From assembly GCA_965198105.1 (NCBI GenBank), contig OZ240240.1:3187103-3251102 (forward strand): a stretch of DNA of 64,000 nucleotides, given 5' to 3'. The translations under genes and the position numbers were made by a program. This document shows positions 39,870-49,163 of this stretch, one piece after another; position 1 is the first letter of the stretch; the number at the start of each line of letters is the position of its first letter. The notes under the pieces were generated by a model, which did not search any database, was not told the DNA's origin, and saw nothing but the letters and a program-made list of their open reading frames with translations. The DNA is from Dehalococcoidia bacterium. GTDB lineage: Bacteria > Chloroflexota > Dehalococcoidia > Lucifugimonadales > CBDBON01.

Positions 39870-40851
39870 ATGATAGGAGTTTTGGATCGTGAAGGTAGTC
39901 ATGCTGTTCAGATTGTCATCGGAGTCGACACTCACCGGGATCAGCATGTGGCGGTGGCCATTGACCGGCAAGGTATCCGCCTTGGCCAGCATCACGCGCC
40001 GGCAACCACGTTCGGGTATGGGGAGCTTGAACGGTGGTCCCGGAGCCTGGGAGAGATTCGCGCGTTCGGGATCGAAGGCACCGGTTCCTACGGCGCTGGT
40101 GTCGCCCGCTTCCTGACCGGTCGGGGTCATACCGTCGTCGAGGTCAATCGTCCTGATCGGTCAACCCGCTATCGGAAGGGGAAGAGCGACCCCACCGACG
40201 CGGAGATGGCAGCGCGTGCCGTGCTTGCCGGAGTAGCCGGCGCCACTCCCAAATCAGGCGAGGGCGAAGTCGAGTTGATCCGCATGCTCAAGAGTGCAAA
40301 GGACTCGGCCGTCAAGGCTCGCACCCAGGCCATCAACCAGATGAAGGCTCTGGTTGTCACGGCCCCGGCCGAGCTTCGCGAAACGCTCGATGGTCTCACC
40401 GCCGGCGCCCTGGTCACACGCTGCAAGAGCTTCCGTACAGGTCGTCTGGACGGTCCCATGGCAGCGGCCAGGTACGCACTTCGCTCTCTTGCCTGCCGCC
40501 ACCATCAGCTCAGCAAGGAGGTTCACGACCTCGAGGCCGAGCTCGATCGACTCACTCGGATGGCCGCTCCAGCCCTGGTCGGTATCTTCGGCATAGGACC
40601 CGACTCGGCGGCCAACCTCTTGATCGCTGCCGGCAGTAACTCTGAACGCCTCCAGTCCGACGCCGCGTTCGCCTCGCTGTGCGGTGTAAGTCCCATACCT
40701 GCTTCCTCCGGCAAGACTGTGAATAACCAGGGTCTTTAGGACAGAGAAGGGCGATTTAACCAGAGTCATTAGGACAGATAACCAGAGTCATTAGGACACT
40801 CTGAACGTCTGATTGGCGACCATTGCTGCAACCTGGATGTAAGGAGCAGCG

Positions 40852-42441
40852 ATGGCGTACAGGGAGGTGTTCAGAGTGGAGATCGCAGAAGTCATCCGGC
40901 GCTGGCAGGCAGGTGAGAGCCGGCGCCACATAGCCTCAGGTACGGGGCTGTCGAAAGACACGGTAGGCAAGTACATCGCGTCGGCGGAACGTCTGGGCGT
41001 AGTCCGGAACGGACCGGCCCCCAGCGATGAGCAGCTGGGCCGTCTGGCGACGATCAGCCGCCCTGGTCCAAGGCAGGCGTCGACGCCCATTGAGGCCAAG
41101 CTGGCTCCCTGGGCCGACCAGATCTACCAGTGGCTCACCGGCGACCGACTGCAAATGACCCGCATTCAGGAGTTGCTCAGGGAGCGAGACTGCCGGGTGT
41201 CCTACACCTCCCTGCACCGCTTTGTAGCGCGGCGCAACTGGCAGGGCCGCAACCGCAGGACGATGCGGATGGAGGAGAGCCCTCCGGGCGAGGTGGCGGA
41301 GCTGGACTTCGGTCGCCTGGGGCTGATGGAGGATCCTGAGACGGGCCGTCGCCGGACCGTGTGGGCGCTGATCGTGGTGCTGGCCTACTCCCGGCACAGC
41401 TTCGTCTGGCCCACCTTCAGCCAGAAGCTGGAGGACGTGGTGGCCGGGCTGGAAGCGGCCTGGGCCTTCTTCGGCGGTATCCCCAAGTACCTGGTCGTCG
41501 ACAACTTCCCGGCGGCGGTGGCCGGGGCCGACGCGCTGCACCCCCGTCTGACCCGCGGCTTCCTGGAGTACTCCCAGCACCGGGGCTTCATCACCGACCC
41601 GGCCCGGGTGCGCCGCCCCAAGGACAAGCCCAAGGTGGAGCGAGGCGTCCAGTACGTGAGGGAGCGCTTCTTCAAGGGCGGTGTCTTCAGGGACCTGCTT
41701 CATCTGAGGGCGGAAGCGACACGCTGGTGTCATGAAGTCGCTGGACAGCGCATCCACGGCACGACCCGGCGCAAGCCCTTGGAGGTCTTCGACGAGAAGG
41801 AGCGCCAGGAGCTGCTGGCCTGGGACGGCGAGCCCTACGAGATCACCCACTGGCGCAGGGCTAAGGTCCACCCCGACCACCACGTGTCCTGCCAGTACGC
41901 CCTCTACTCGGTGCCGTCGGTCCTGTGCCCGCCGGGTCAGCAGGTGGAGATCAGACTGGGCAGCAAGCTGGTGCGCATCTATCACCGGGGCCAGCTGATC
42001 AAGGTCCATCCCCGTCAGCCCAGGGGCGGCCGCTCCACCGATCCCGACGACTACCCGGCGGAGCTGACGGCCTACACCACGCGGACATCGGACAAGATCA
42101 AGCGCGGCGCGGTGGAGCAGGGGGAGGCGGTGGCCGCCTTCGCCGACCGGCTCTTCGAAGGCCCCCTGCCCTGGGCCAAGGTAAGGCAGGGACAGAAGCT
42201 TCTCCGGCTAGGCCAGCGCTACACCCCGGACCTGCTGGACGCCGCCTGCCGCAAGGCCCTGGACGTGGACCTGATCGACGTGAAGCGCGTGGAGCGCATC
42301 CTGACCGAAGCCCTGGAGCAGCAGGATGCGACGCTACATCCCGACCCCATGCCGCCGGGACGCTTCGCCAGACCCGGCTCCGTCTTCGCCCTGGCCAACG
42401 GCCACAGACCCAACTCAACACAACAAGGAGATCAGACATGA
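40852..42441 (+). CDS. istA: IS21-family transposase IstA
   Basis: 529 aa with an N-terminal HTH (RHIASGTGLSKDTVGKYI) and a DDE core (VAELDFG...VVDNF...KPKVERGV). Confidence 0.9.
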   Translation: MAYREVFRVEIAEVIRRWQAGESRRHIASGTGLSKDTVGKYIASAERLGVVRNGPAPSDEQLGRLATISRPGPRQASTPIEAKLAPWADQIYQWLTGDRLQMTRIQELLRERDCRVSYTSLHRFVARRNWQGRNRRTMRMEESPPGEVAELDFGRLGLMEDPETGRRRTVWALIVVLAYSRHSFVWPTFSQKLEDVVAGLEAAWAFFGGIPKYLVVDNFPAAVAGADALHPRLTRGFLEYSQHRGFITDPARVRRPKDKPKVERGVQYVRERFFKGGVFRDLLHLRAEATRWCHEVAGQRIHGTTRRKPLEVFDEKERQELLAWDGEPYEITHWRRAKVHPDHHVSCQYALYSVPSVLCPPGQQVEIRLGSKLVRIYHRGQLIKVHPRQPRGGRSTDPDDYPAELTAYTTRTSDKIKRGAVEQGEAVAAFADRLFEGPLPWAKVRQGQKLLRLGQRYTPDLLDAACRKALDVDLIDVKRVERILTEALEQQDATLHPDPMPPGRFARPGSVFALANGHRPNSTQQGDQT

Positions 42442-43223
42442 CCCGCAACGCCGACCTGGCCCCGCTACTCAAGGCCCTCAAGCTGAGCCCCATGCTGGAC
42501 ACCCTGCCCGAGCGCATAGCCCTAGCCCGAAGGGACCAGTTGGACTACGCATCCTTCCTGGAGATCATCCTGACCGACGAGGTCAGCCGAAGAGAGCACC
42601 GGCGCATCGACAACCGGCTGAACCGGGCCGGCTTCGAGGAGACCAGCCGCCTGGAAGACTTCGACTGGACGGCCAAGATCACCCTGGACCGCCGGCTCCT
42701 CGACGCCGCCTTCTCCCTGGACTTCATCGCCAAGCATGAGCACGTCCTGCTGATGGGACCGGCGGGCGTGGGCAAGAGCTTCATGGCTCAGGCCCTGGGC
42801 TACGTCGCCGTCAGAGCCGGATACGCTGTCCGCTTCATCCATGCCGACGACTTCTTCAAGGCCATGAGCCAGGCCAGGGTCGACAACTCGGTGGACAAGA
42901 CCTTCCGCTCCTTCCTCACACCCGACCTGCTGATCCTCGACGATCTGGGCCTTCACCGCCTCACCGCCCAGCAATCGGATGACTTCCACCAACTGGTTAT
43001 CGGCAAGCACAGGGCTTCCAGCTTCGTCATCACCTCCAACCGCGCCATCGAAGAGTGGCTCGGCCTCTTCAACGATCCCATCCTGGGCAACAGCGCACTG
43101 GACCGCCTGGCCAACGCCAGCTACCAGATCGTCATCGAGGGAACCAGCTACCGTCAGAGGCTTTCCCCTCACCGCGCCCTACTCGGCGAGGTGCCCACAA
43201 GTCCGACGAAGGGAGGTGATTGA
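42438..43223 (+). CDS. istB: IS21-family helper ATPase IstB
   Basis: Walker A GPAGVGKS and Walker B LLILDDLG. The start overlaps the istA stop (ATGA). Confidence 0.9.
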   Translation: MTRNADLAPLLKALKLSPMLDTLPERIALARRDQLDYASFLEIILTDEVSRREHRRIDNRLNRAGFEETSRLEDFDWTAKITLDRRLLDAAFSLDFIAKHEHVLLMGPAGVGKSFMAQALGYVAVRAGYAVRFIHADDFFKAMSQARVDNSVDKTFRSFLTPDLLILDDLGLHRLTAQQSDDFHQLVIGKHRASSFVITSNRAIEEWLGLFNDPILGNSALDRLANASYQIVIEGTSYRQRLSPHRALLGEVPTSPTKGGD

Positions 43224-43543
43224 CCCAACAACGGCAACCTGACAGAATCCGAATCATCGGCGTTCAGGGTGTCCTAATGTTCGTGGTTAACCCTGTCCTA
43301 ATGATACTGGTTAACGACACAAGACCAACCGCCATCGGCTCAACCGCGGTGGCGACCGTCAGGCCAATGCGGCTCTCTATCGCATCGTTGTGGTCAGACT
43401 CCGCCATGACCTCAGGACCCAAGCATACATGCGACGTCGAACCGCTGAGGGAATGAGTAAGCGTGACGTCATCCGCTGTCTCAAGCGCTATGTTGCCCGA
43501 GAAGTCTACTCCGCCATCCAGAAACCTGCTCAGATACTCGATG

Positions 43544-43623
43544 GGTTCCGTTTGCTTGCGGAGTACGTCGCTTGAAAGTCCTATGAACTAATGGGGGGGC
43601 GATACACCCAAAGGAAACGGAAC
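43544..43623. repeat. Left arm of the 80/79-bp inverted repeat flanking the CAP-domain gene
   Basis: ggttccgtttgcttgcggagtacgtcgcttgaaagtcctatgaactaatgggggggcgatacacccaaaggaaacggaac. It covers the last codons and right end of IS110 copy B plus 31 nt of flank. Confidence 0.9.
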
Positions 43624-43631
43624 CCAACGCC

Positions 43632-45035
43632 CTATTCCCCCTCGTAGAACAGAGAGTATTCGGATATGACTGCAACCTTGTCATCCACATGACCTTTTAG
43701 CACGATGGTATAGACTCCATCGCCATAGGTTGCCAGCAATCTGTACAGGTCTGCTTCTACATAGAACAGATTCCCGACTAGCCAAGTGGACGCTGTGAGG
43801 AAGGGTATCGGCACTGTTGTGTCTGGCAGGTTCTGACTCTCATTGTACGACTTGTGCCAGTATTCCAACGCCTCTGCATAGGACTCGGGCGCAGGTGCGC
43901 TTACGGGGATGTCGTAAGGGTCAGGACAGGGCTTATACGTTACTGTGGCTTCCTTTGTGCTGAAGTGACTGGCTGCGAGTGCTGAACGCAAAACGCCAAT
44001 AGGACGGCCGTGATCATAGCAGTGAGTCCTCGCCAACTGCCCTCTGTTGAGCGATGCAGGTGGTGGGTCATAGTAGATGTGAATCTTGTCGAATTCATCA
44101 AACTGTACGCCGTGACTGAAACTGCCGGAGAGAGTGAGCCAGCTATCCTCTAGCCTCGGTAGATGGTCGTAGGTGATGTGGTCGCCCTCGAATAGCTGGT
44201 AGGAAGTGAAGTTGTACCTATCCCAAGCTAGACCTATGTTGACCTTCCTATACGTCGGGTCGAGTATGGTGCTGCGGTGACCTGGACTATTCATCCACGC
44301 CTCCATCGCCCGTTCTATCTCCCTTTCTATGCTTTGAATGACAGGACGGCCATCGGAAGGCGTGATGCAGTAGTTCAGCCCTACTCCGTTCTCTTGGTTT
44401 GATTGATAGCCTCCGGCAAGGCTGTATCTCATGTAAGGCTGTAAGCCGCTTGCTGACCAATGGGACAAGAAACAGCCTTCGAGAGAAGCCTCAGCATGAA
44501 GCTGCGCCGCTCCGTTCTCACCCAGCACCATGGGGTCAAGTTCATCTTCCAGTCGTACAAGGTTGACTAACTCCAACATATAGAGCCGTGCTTCTGCAAG
44601 GTCAAACTCTGTTTGGGGGATTGGGGTAGCCGTCGGATTAGGAGTTGGTGGTATGACAGTGGGAAGGGGAGTGACTGTAGGCGTGGGAGTGACTGTAGGC
44701 TCAGGCGTAGATGTAGGGGACGGCGTAGGGGTGAAAGTGTAACCGCCACCTAATACGGGCGGAACCTCGGGGGTCTCGGCAGGAATGGGCGTGGGTATGA
44801 GAATCACCGGCACAACAGTAGGAGTGGGAGTAGGGGTTGCAGTCGCCACCACTACGGGAGGGGTGACTGCAATGACTACGGGCGTAGGTGTCCGTAGAGG
44901 CGTAGACGTGGCTGTGCCATTCCTACTGATCGTCGGTACATCCAGAGTAATCGTCGTATCCCCATATTGACTGCCAATGGCGAAGACGACAATGACCAGG
45001 GCGATTAGACCAATGACGATGAGTAGCTTTCCCAT
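43632..45035 (-). CDS. Membrane-anchored CAP/SCP (PR-1-like) domain protein with Pro/Thr-rich linker
   Basis: N-terminal TM helix LLIVIGLIALVIVVFAI, a PTPTP linker, and the CAP signature EAWMNSPGHRSTIL. G+C is visibly lower than in the surrounding sequence. Confidence 0.8.
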   Translation of the reverse strand: MGKLLIVIGLIALVIVVFAIGSQYGDTTITLDVPTISRNGTATSTPLRTPTPVVIAVTPPVVVATATPTPTPTVVPVILIPTPIPAETPEVPPVLGGGYTFTPTPSPTSTPEPTVTPTPTVTPLPTVIPPTPNPTATPIPQTEFDLAEARLYMLELVNLVRLEDELDPMVLGENGAAQLHAEASLEGCFLSHWSASGLQPYMRYSLAGGYQSNQENGVGLNYCITPSDGRPVIQSIEREIERAMEAWMNSPGHRSTILDPTYRKVNIGLAWDRYNFTSYQLFEGDHITYDHLPRLEDSWLTLSGSFSHGVQFDEFDKIHIYYDPPPASLNRGQLARTHCYDHGRPIGVLRSALAASHFSTKEATVTYKPCPDPYDIPVSAPAPESYAEALEYWHKSYNESQNLPDTTVPIPFLTASTWLVGNLFYVEADLYRLLATYGDGVYTIVLKGHVDDKVAVISEYSLFYEGE

Positions 45036-45102
45036 ACATCCCTTCCCGCCTCTATGGACTTATCACGCATGGGCAGGGTTGTCAATGCGCCATAGAACAT
45101 CA

Positions 45103-45181
45103 GTTCCGTTTCCTTTGGGTGTATCGCCCCCCATTAGTTCATAGGACTTTCAAGCGACGTACTCCGCAAGCAAACGGAACC
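45103..45181. repeat. Right arm of the 80/79-bp inverted repeat
   Basis: Exact reverse complement of 43544..43623, except for 6 C here versus 7 G in the homopolymer. Confidence 0.9.
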
Positions 45182-45477
45182 ACTCGATGAAGCCGCTTGA
45201 CAGTTAGCGAGGACATAATCGCTGAGCAGTTACAGAAAACGTATCTGAAATTACCCGCGCCCACCTACGCGCCCACCTTTCAGGCGGTCATGTCGAAAGG
45301 GAGTCTCCAGGCTTCAGAAGTGTAATACCCTGTAACCCACTGTGCTGCAACTGCCCTTATGCACGCGCGGGGGGTAGGGACTTGTTGCACGACACCCTAC
45401 AGTCTATTACACTTAGGGCATTCAGCTACGAATCACTGGAAAAGAGAAGGGCCAGCGTCCTGAGAAACCGGCCCTAA

Positions 45478-47895
45478 ATGCACCAGGAGAGTAAGTCCGT
45501 GATGCCTAACGAGCATAGCACTCCCGGTCTGAGCTTCCAACCCCCCCGCATCTCGCTGATGGATGCAGTCAACGCGCTCGGCAGCTACATGCTCGGCGCG
45601 AATTTCGACGGCATCAAGACCAGATGGGAGATCGACGCTCAGGATATGCGGACCGACTGCCCCATCTGCCGCCAAGAGTTTGCCGTGCAGCTGCTACCGC
45701 AGACGAACGGCAGTATCAAGGCAGAGTGTCTCTCTGATGCTGGGTGCAAGAAGCGCGACCTTGAGCGCCGTCTCAAAGAGGATCGGGGCCTCGGCCTCCG
45801 CCGTCGCAAAGGGAGTAAGCCCCGCGCCCCGAAGGACCTGACGGTCGACACGCCGATCTACGAGGACTCTGTGACGGGAGACGGCTGGCGGCTACTCTGG
45901 GAGCACGGCCCCCGCCTCTTGCTAGTCTGGCGCCTCGGACAGCTCGGAGACGTTTACGTGCTCGATCTGGACTCCGGGACGTGGCGGGCCGACCGCAACG
46001 AACTTGGACACCTACATGAACGTGCCGCACGACAATACGCCGTCAACATGGCGCTCCGCGCCCAGCAGGGCGAGGCCGAGATGAACAAGGCCCTCGCCTT
46101 TCAACGTTGGGCCAGGCGGACGCAATCGAGCGCGGGCCTAGAGAATGTCATCAAGTGGGCGGGTGTGGCCTACAAGGCCATGGATGAGGAGGGGCTCGGC
46201 TCAAAGGTTGGAAGAGTCGCCCAGGCGCACGAATTGGATGCCGACCGGCACTATCTCGGCTGCGCCAACGGTGTCCTCGATCTGACCGACGGTCGACTCC
46301 TCGGCCCGGACGAGGCGCAGAAACACCTAGTCACCCGGTCGACCGGCATCGGCTATGACCCGGACGCGCACCATGACTACGTTGACGAGCTGCTTTACCA
46401 CCTAGCCACCGTCGAGGCGGACTACATCCTCGACAGCGCGGCCTACGCTTTGCGCGGGAATCCCGGCCGGCGCTGGCATCTGCTCGTGGGCGAGAAGGGG
46501 GGCGGCAAGACGACGTTCCTGAACGCGATCCGCGCGGCCGTCGGAGATGCGGACGCCTATGGCTACGGGTTCGGACTCAAACCGGGCCTACTCCTGAAGG
46601 ACCGCAACCCGTCGCGCGAGGGACACACCGAATCGCTGAAGCATTTCCCGGTGGGCCGCATCGCCACAGCCGCAGAGCTCCCGGACATGAGTAAGCGATT
46701 CGATGACGACTTACTCAAGATGTTGACGGGCGGCGACCCGATACCCATCCGCGAGATTTACGGCCGCATGGGGGCGAGTCGACCATGCTCGGCTACCATC
46801 TTCCAAGCGATCAACCCGGGCCAGTTGGCGCGGCTATCTCTCATCGACGATGCCCTTGCCGATCGCACGTCGATTCTACGCTGGCCGACTCTCCCGTCGG
46901 GCACGAAACGCGACAGCGACCGGGTAACGGACGTTATGGTCCCGGACGTAACTAGGGCGATGCTGGCCGAACTGGTGCGCCGTGCCGTTAAGCTGAAGCA
47001 GCCGCCGCCCATGCCGGAGAACGTGAAGGACTACGTAGAGCAGAAGCGCCGGGGCGACTTGGGAGAGGTCGGGGCTTGGTTCCTGGTCAACATCGAGATC
47101 ACCGACTCGCCGAAGGATGTAGTGACGCCGGAGCAGATTTGGGATGCCGCGATTGATGCCGTGGGGCCGCTCGACGACAAGGAGAAGCTGCACGGAATGG
47201 ACCGCAAGGAGACGCTGGGGCTACTCCGGGAAGCGAAACCGGGCCTGCCGGCGCAACGGTCGAAGCGCATCGACGGCAAGGTGCGGAATGCCTATGTCGG
47301 AGTCCGGCTACTGGACGTCGTATACCAATGTTCTATCTGCTTCAAGGACATGAACGACAAGACTGACCTGAAAGACCTAGCCGGTCGCGGGCCGGTGTGT
47401 CCCGACTGCCGAGCCCCCCACGACCTGGGCGATCCTCCGGTCGCGCCGCCTACGGCGGCGCCCGGCGGCCCGCACACACAGGCCCGGTTCGCGGGATCCC
47501 CGCCCCCGCCACTCCACACGGCGCTACTCACCCGTATGGAAACCTTGCGGGCCGCGCTCCACTTCCCCGATCCCGACGCCTATGATACCCCTGCCCAGCT
47601 TAAGGCGGCGCTCCGCGGACTGGCGAAGCTGTACGAGGCCCGACCGTGGGACGTGCTGGGGCCGCGCCATGTAGAGGCCCTCGGCGGGGCTGACCTAATG
47701 GTCAGCATCGTTGCGGGCGCATGGGCGGATAATGCCGCCGAAACCGCGCCGCTGGAAGCGGCGGACTGGAATTGGTACCTGAACGATCTTCGCCGGTACG
47801 TCGACGACCGCGAGGCCGACCAGCGCGAGGCCGGAGCCGCTCGGGTCCGGGAGTTACCGTCTCGGATGCTGTCTCGGCAGATGCCACTGAGCTAG
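45478..47895 (+). CDS. Phage/plasmid primase-helicase, P4/D5 family
   Basis: 805 aa with an N-terminal Zn-finger CPICRQEF, a D5_N-like middle region, the P-loop GEKGGGKTTF, and a second CSIC...CPDC finger. Confidence 0.8.
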   Translation: MHQESKSVMPNEHSTPGLSFQPPRISLMDAVNALGSYMLGANFDGIKTRWEIDAQDMRTDCPICRQEFAVQLLPQTNGSIKAECLSDAGCKKRDLERRLKEDRGLGLRRRKGSKPRAPKDLTVDTPIYEDSVTGDGWRLLWEHGPRLLLVWRLGQLGDVYVLDLDSGTWRADRNELGHLHERAARQYAVNMALRAQQGEAEMNKALAFQRWARRTQSSAGLENVIKWAGVAYKAMDEEGLGSKVGRVAQAHELDADRHYLGCANGVLDLTDGRLLGPDEAQKHLVTRSTGIGYDPDAHHDYVDELLYHLATVEADYILDSAAYALRGNPGRRWHLLVGEKGGGKTTFLNAIRAAVGDADAYGYGFGLKPGLLLKDRNPSREGHTESLKHFPVGRIATAAELPDMSKRFDDDLLKMLTGGDPIPIREIYGRMGASRPCSATIFQAINPGQLARLSLIDDALADRTSILRWPTLPSGTKRDSDRVTDVMVPDVTRAMLAELVRRAVKLKQPPPMPENVKDYVEQKRRGDLGEVGAWFLVNIEITDSPKDVVTPEQIWDAAIDAVGPLDDKEKLHGMDRKETLGLLREAKPGLPAQRSKRIDGKVRNAYVGVRLLDVVYQCSICFKDMNDKTDLKDLAGRGPVCPDCRAPHDLGDPPVAPPTAAPGGPHTQARFAGSPPPPLHTALLTRMETLRAALHFPDPDAYDTPAQLKAALRGLAKLYEARPWDVLGPRHVEALGGADLMVSIVAGAWADNAAETAPLEAADWNWYLNDLRRYVDDREADQREAGAARVRELPSRMLSRQMPLS

Positions 47896-48204
47896 ACCGC
47901 GAGGTGACAGGTGGGCCAGCGCAGCTGGCCCGCCACAGCAGGGGGACATTGACTAGCACTCGGCACTATCATCTCTGGGCGCCTCCGGCAGCTGACGGTG
48001 AAGTGCGGACACTCCGCAAGGATTCGCGGCGATTCCCGTCGCGCTCCGAGGCGAACGCGGCGGCGCGGGAGTCGGAGCGCCGGGGAACTCGAGTCTTGAT
48101 CTGCCGCGACGCTGCTTGTCCGCCCCCGGCGCGACGGCTCCCCGGCCAATCGCCGTTCTGAGGCGGCGGGACGGAGCCGAACGAACGGAGATCGAGGAGA
48201 CACG

Positions 48205-48438
48205 ATGACCCACCACGAACCTGCAGGCTGCGAGATCGAGGGCTGCGGCCGCTGTGACGATTACGGACTCGGCTACTCGGCTGGCAAATCAAAGATGCTA
48301 TTCGAGATCGGCGCGACCGTCACGGGCGGCCATCCTGCCGACTGCACGTGTTCCACGTGCGGCCAGCTGCGCGGGGAGATAGCCCGCCAGCGGGCGGATA
48401 TGTTCGCCGATGCAATATCCGAGCTGGCGGGGGTGTAA
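48205..48438 (+). CDS. Small Cys-rich protein, HPxxCxCxxC family member 1
   Basis: GAGGAG lies 7 nt upstream. CEIEGCGRCDDYGLGYSAGKSKMLFEI...GGHPADCTCSTCGQL is a clear paralogue of the ORF at 48885. Confidence 0.65.
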   Translation: MTHHEPAGCEIEGCGRCDDYGLGYSAGKSKMLFEIGATVTGGHPADCTCSTCGQLRGEIARQRADMFADAISELAGV

Positions 48439-48478
48439 CGATGCCTAGGGCTGGTGGAATCCTAATTCTCACAGAGCT

Positions 48479-48694
48479 TTGAGGGCGCGCGCAGCCCGTC
48501 TGGGGATCACGTTGAAGGGTAGACTCGGCTACTTCCATCTGGTGAACGGCCAGGGCGAAGTGCTGACCGACCGGAAGTTGCGGGAACCGGAGATTCTCAT
48601 ATGGCTGGACGTCGCCGCCGAGCAGCACCGCGCCGACTGTGTCTGCGCTCCATGCTCGAACTTCCGCGCGGTCCGGGCGCGGTCGAGGGGCTGA
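48479..48694 (+). CDS. Small protein with C-terminal HRxxCxCxxC motif (start uncertain)
   Basis: EQHRADCVCAPCSNF. Its stop lies 2 nt before the next start. TTG start with no clear RBS. Confidence 0.4.
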   Translation: MRARAARLGITLKGRLGYFHLVNGQGEVLTDRKLREPEILIWLDVAAEQHRADCVCAPCSNFRAVRARSRG

Positions 48695-48696
48695 CT

Positions 48697-48888
48697 ATGG
48701 AGCGCATGGCGGGCGAGTGCATGACAAAGCTACGATTCAAGACGGGCTACGGCGCGAGGGCGGCCCCCGACCGGCTGAATTCAAGGGCGGACACGTTCGG
48801 GGTGCTCGAGGTCTATCGCTGCCGGAGCTGCGGGCTGTACCACCTGGCGACGGCCCGGCCCAGGGTGAGAAGGAAGGTGGCAAGATGA
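48697..48888 (+). CDS. Small CxxC protein
   Basis: GAGGGG upstream. EVYRCRSCGLYHLA. The stop overlaps the next ATG (ATGA). Confidence 0.5.
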   Translation: MERMAGECMTKLRFKTGYGARAAPDRLNSRADTFGVLEVYRCRSCGLYHLATARPRVRRKVAR

Positions 48889-49163
48889 TCAGGCTACACG
48901 ATTATTCGGCCTGCCGATTGAACCTCTGTGAGCGCTGCCATGACTTCGCCACGGGCTGGGCCTCTGGCAAGGAGAAGCAACTGACCGAGATCGCCTCGAC
49001 GATAGCGGAGCAACACCCCAAAGGCTGCCATTGTTCCCCGTGCGCGGCTCTCCAAAGCGAGGTCGAGGCGCTGAGCAGACTGAGCGGCGGAAAGTATGCC
49101 AGTCTGGCTAGGCTGCTTCCCCGTCGGCGGGCGGTAGCGGCCGCCGACGGGGAAGCCCAATGA
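48885..49163 (+). CDS. Small Cys-rich protein, HPxxCxCxxC family member 2
   Basis: CRLNLCERCHDFATGWASGKEKQLTEI...EQHPKGCHCSPCAAL. ATGA overlaps on both sides. Confidence 0.65.
   Translation: MIRLHDYSACRLNLCERCHDFATGWASGKEKQLTEIASTIAEQHPKGCHCSPCAALQSEVEALSRLSGGKYASLARLLPRRRAVAAADGEAQ

Larger units (their letters stand above)
40718..43319 (+). mobile_element. IS21-family element (2602 bp) with 6-bp target duplication CAAGAC
   Basis: The ends tgtgaataaccag... and ...ctggttaacgaca are inverted. Several AACCAG-n5-TTAGGACA sub-repeats lie in both ends. CAAGAC occurs at 40712..40717 and 43320..43325. Confidence 0.85.
39870..43575 (+). pseudogene. IS110-family transposase gene split by the IS21-like insertion
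   Basis: 39870..40717 ends ...PIPASSGKT. 43326..43575 continues NRHRLNRGGDRQANAALYRIV.... Joining the two gives a 365-aa ORF collinear with copy A. Confidence 0.8.
39658..43591 (+). mobile_element. IS110-family element, copy B, itself interrupted by an IS21-like element (right end approximate)
   Basis: The left end tgcgatgat... aligns with copy A. It begins 6 nt upstream of the ISNCY transposase ATG. Confidence 0.7.
36762..45227 (-). mobile_element. ISNCY-like element delimited by inverted terminal motifs, invaded by two IS110-like copies and carrying a CAP-domain passenger gene
   Basis: gctcagcgattatgtccgcctaagtgtcaagg (36762..36793) is inverted relative to ccgcttgacagttagcgaggacataatcgctgagc (45193..45227). 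About 30 of 36 nt match, including a 17-nt perfect run. Confidence 0.5.

Noticed and set aside
47772-48161. A possible small ORF between the primase gene and the Cys-rich operon (TTG 47949 to 48161).
   Set aside because: It has no RBS and no canonical ATG. Most of the listed ORF overlaps the primase 3' end in another frame. Coding status is undecidable here.
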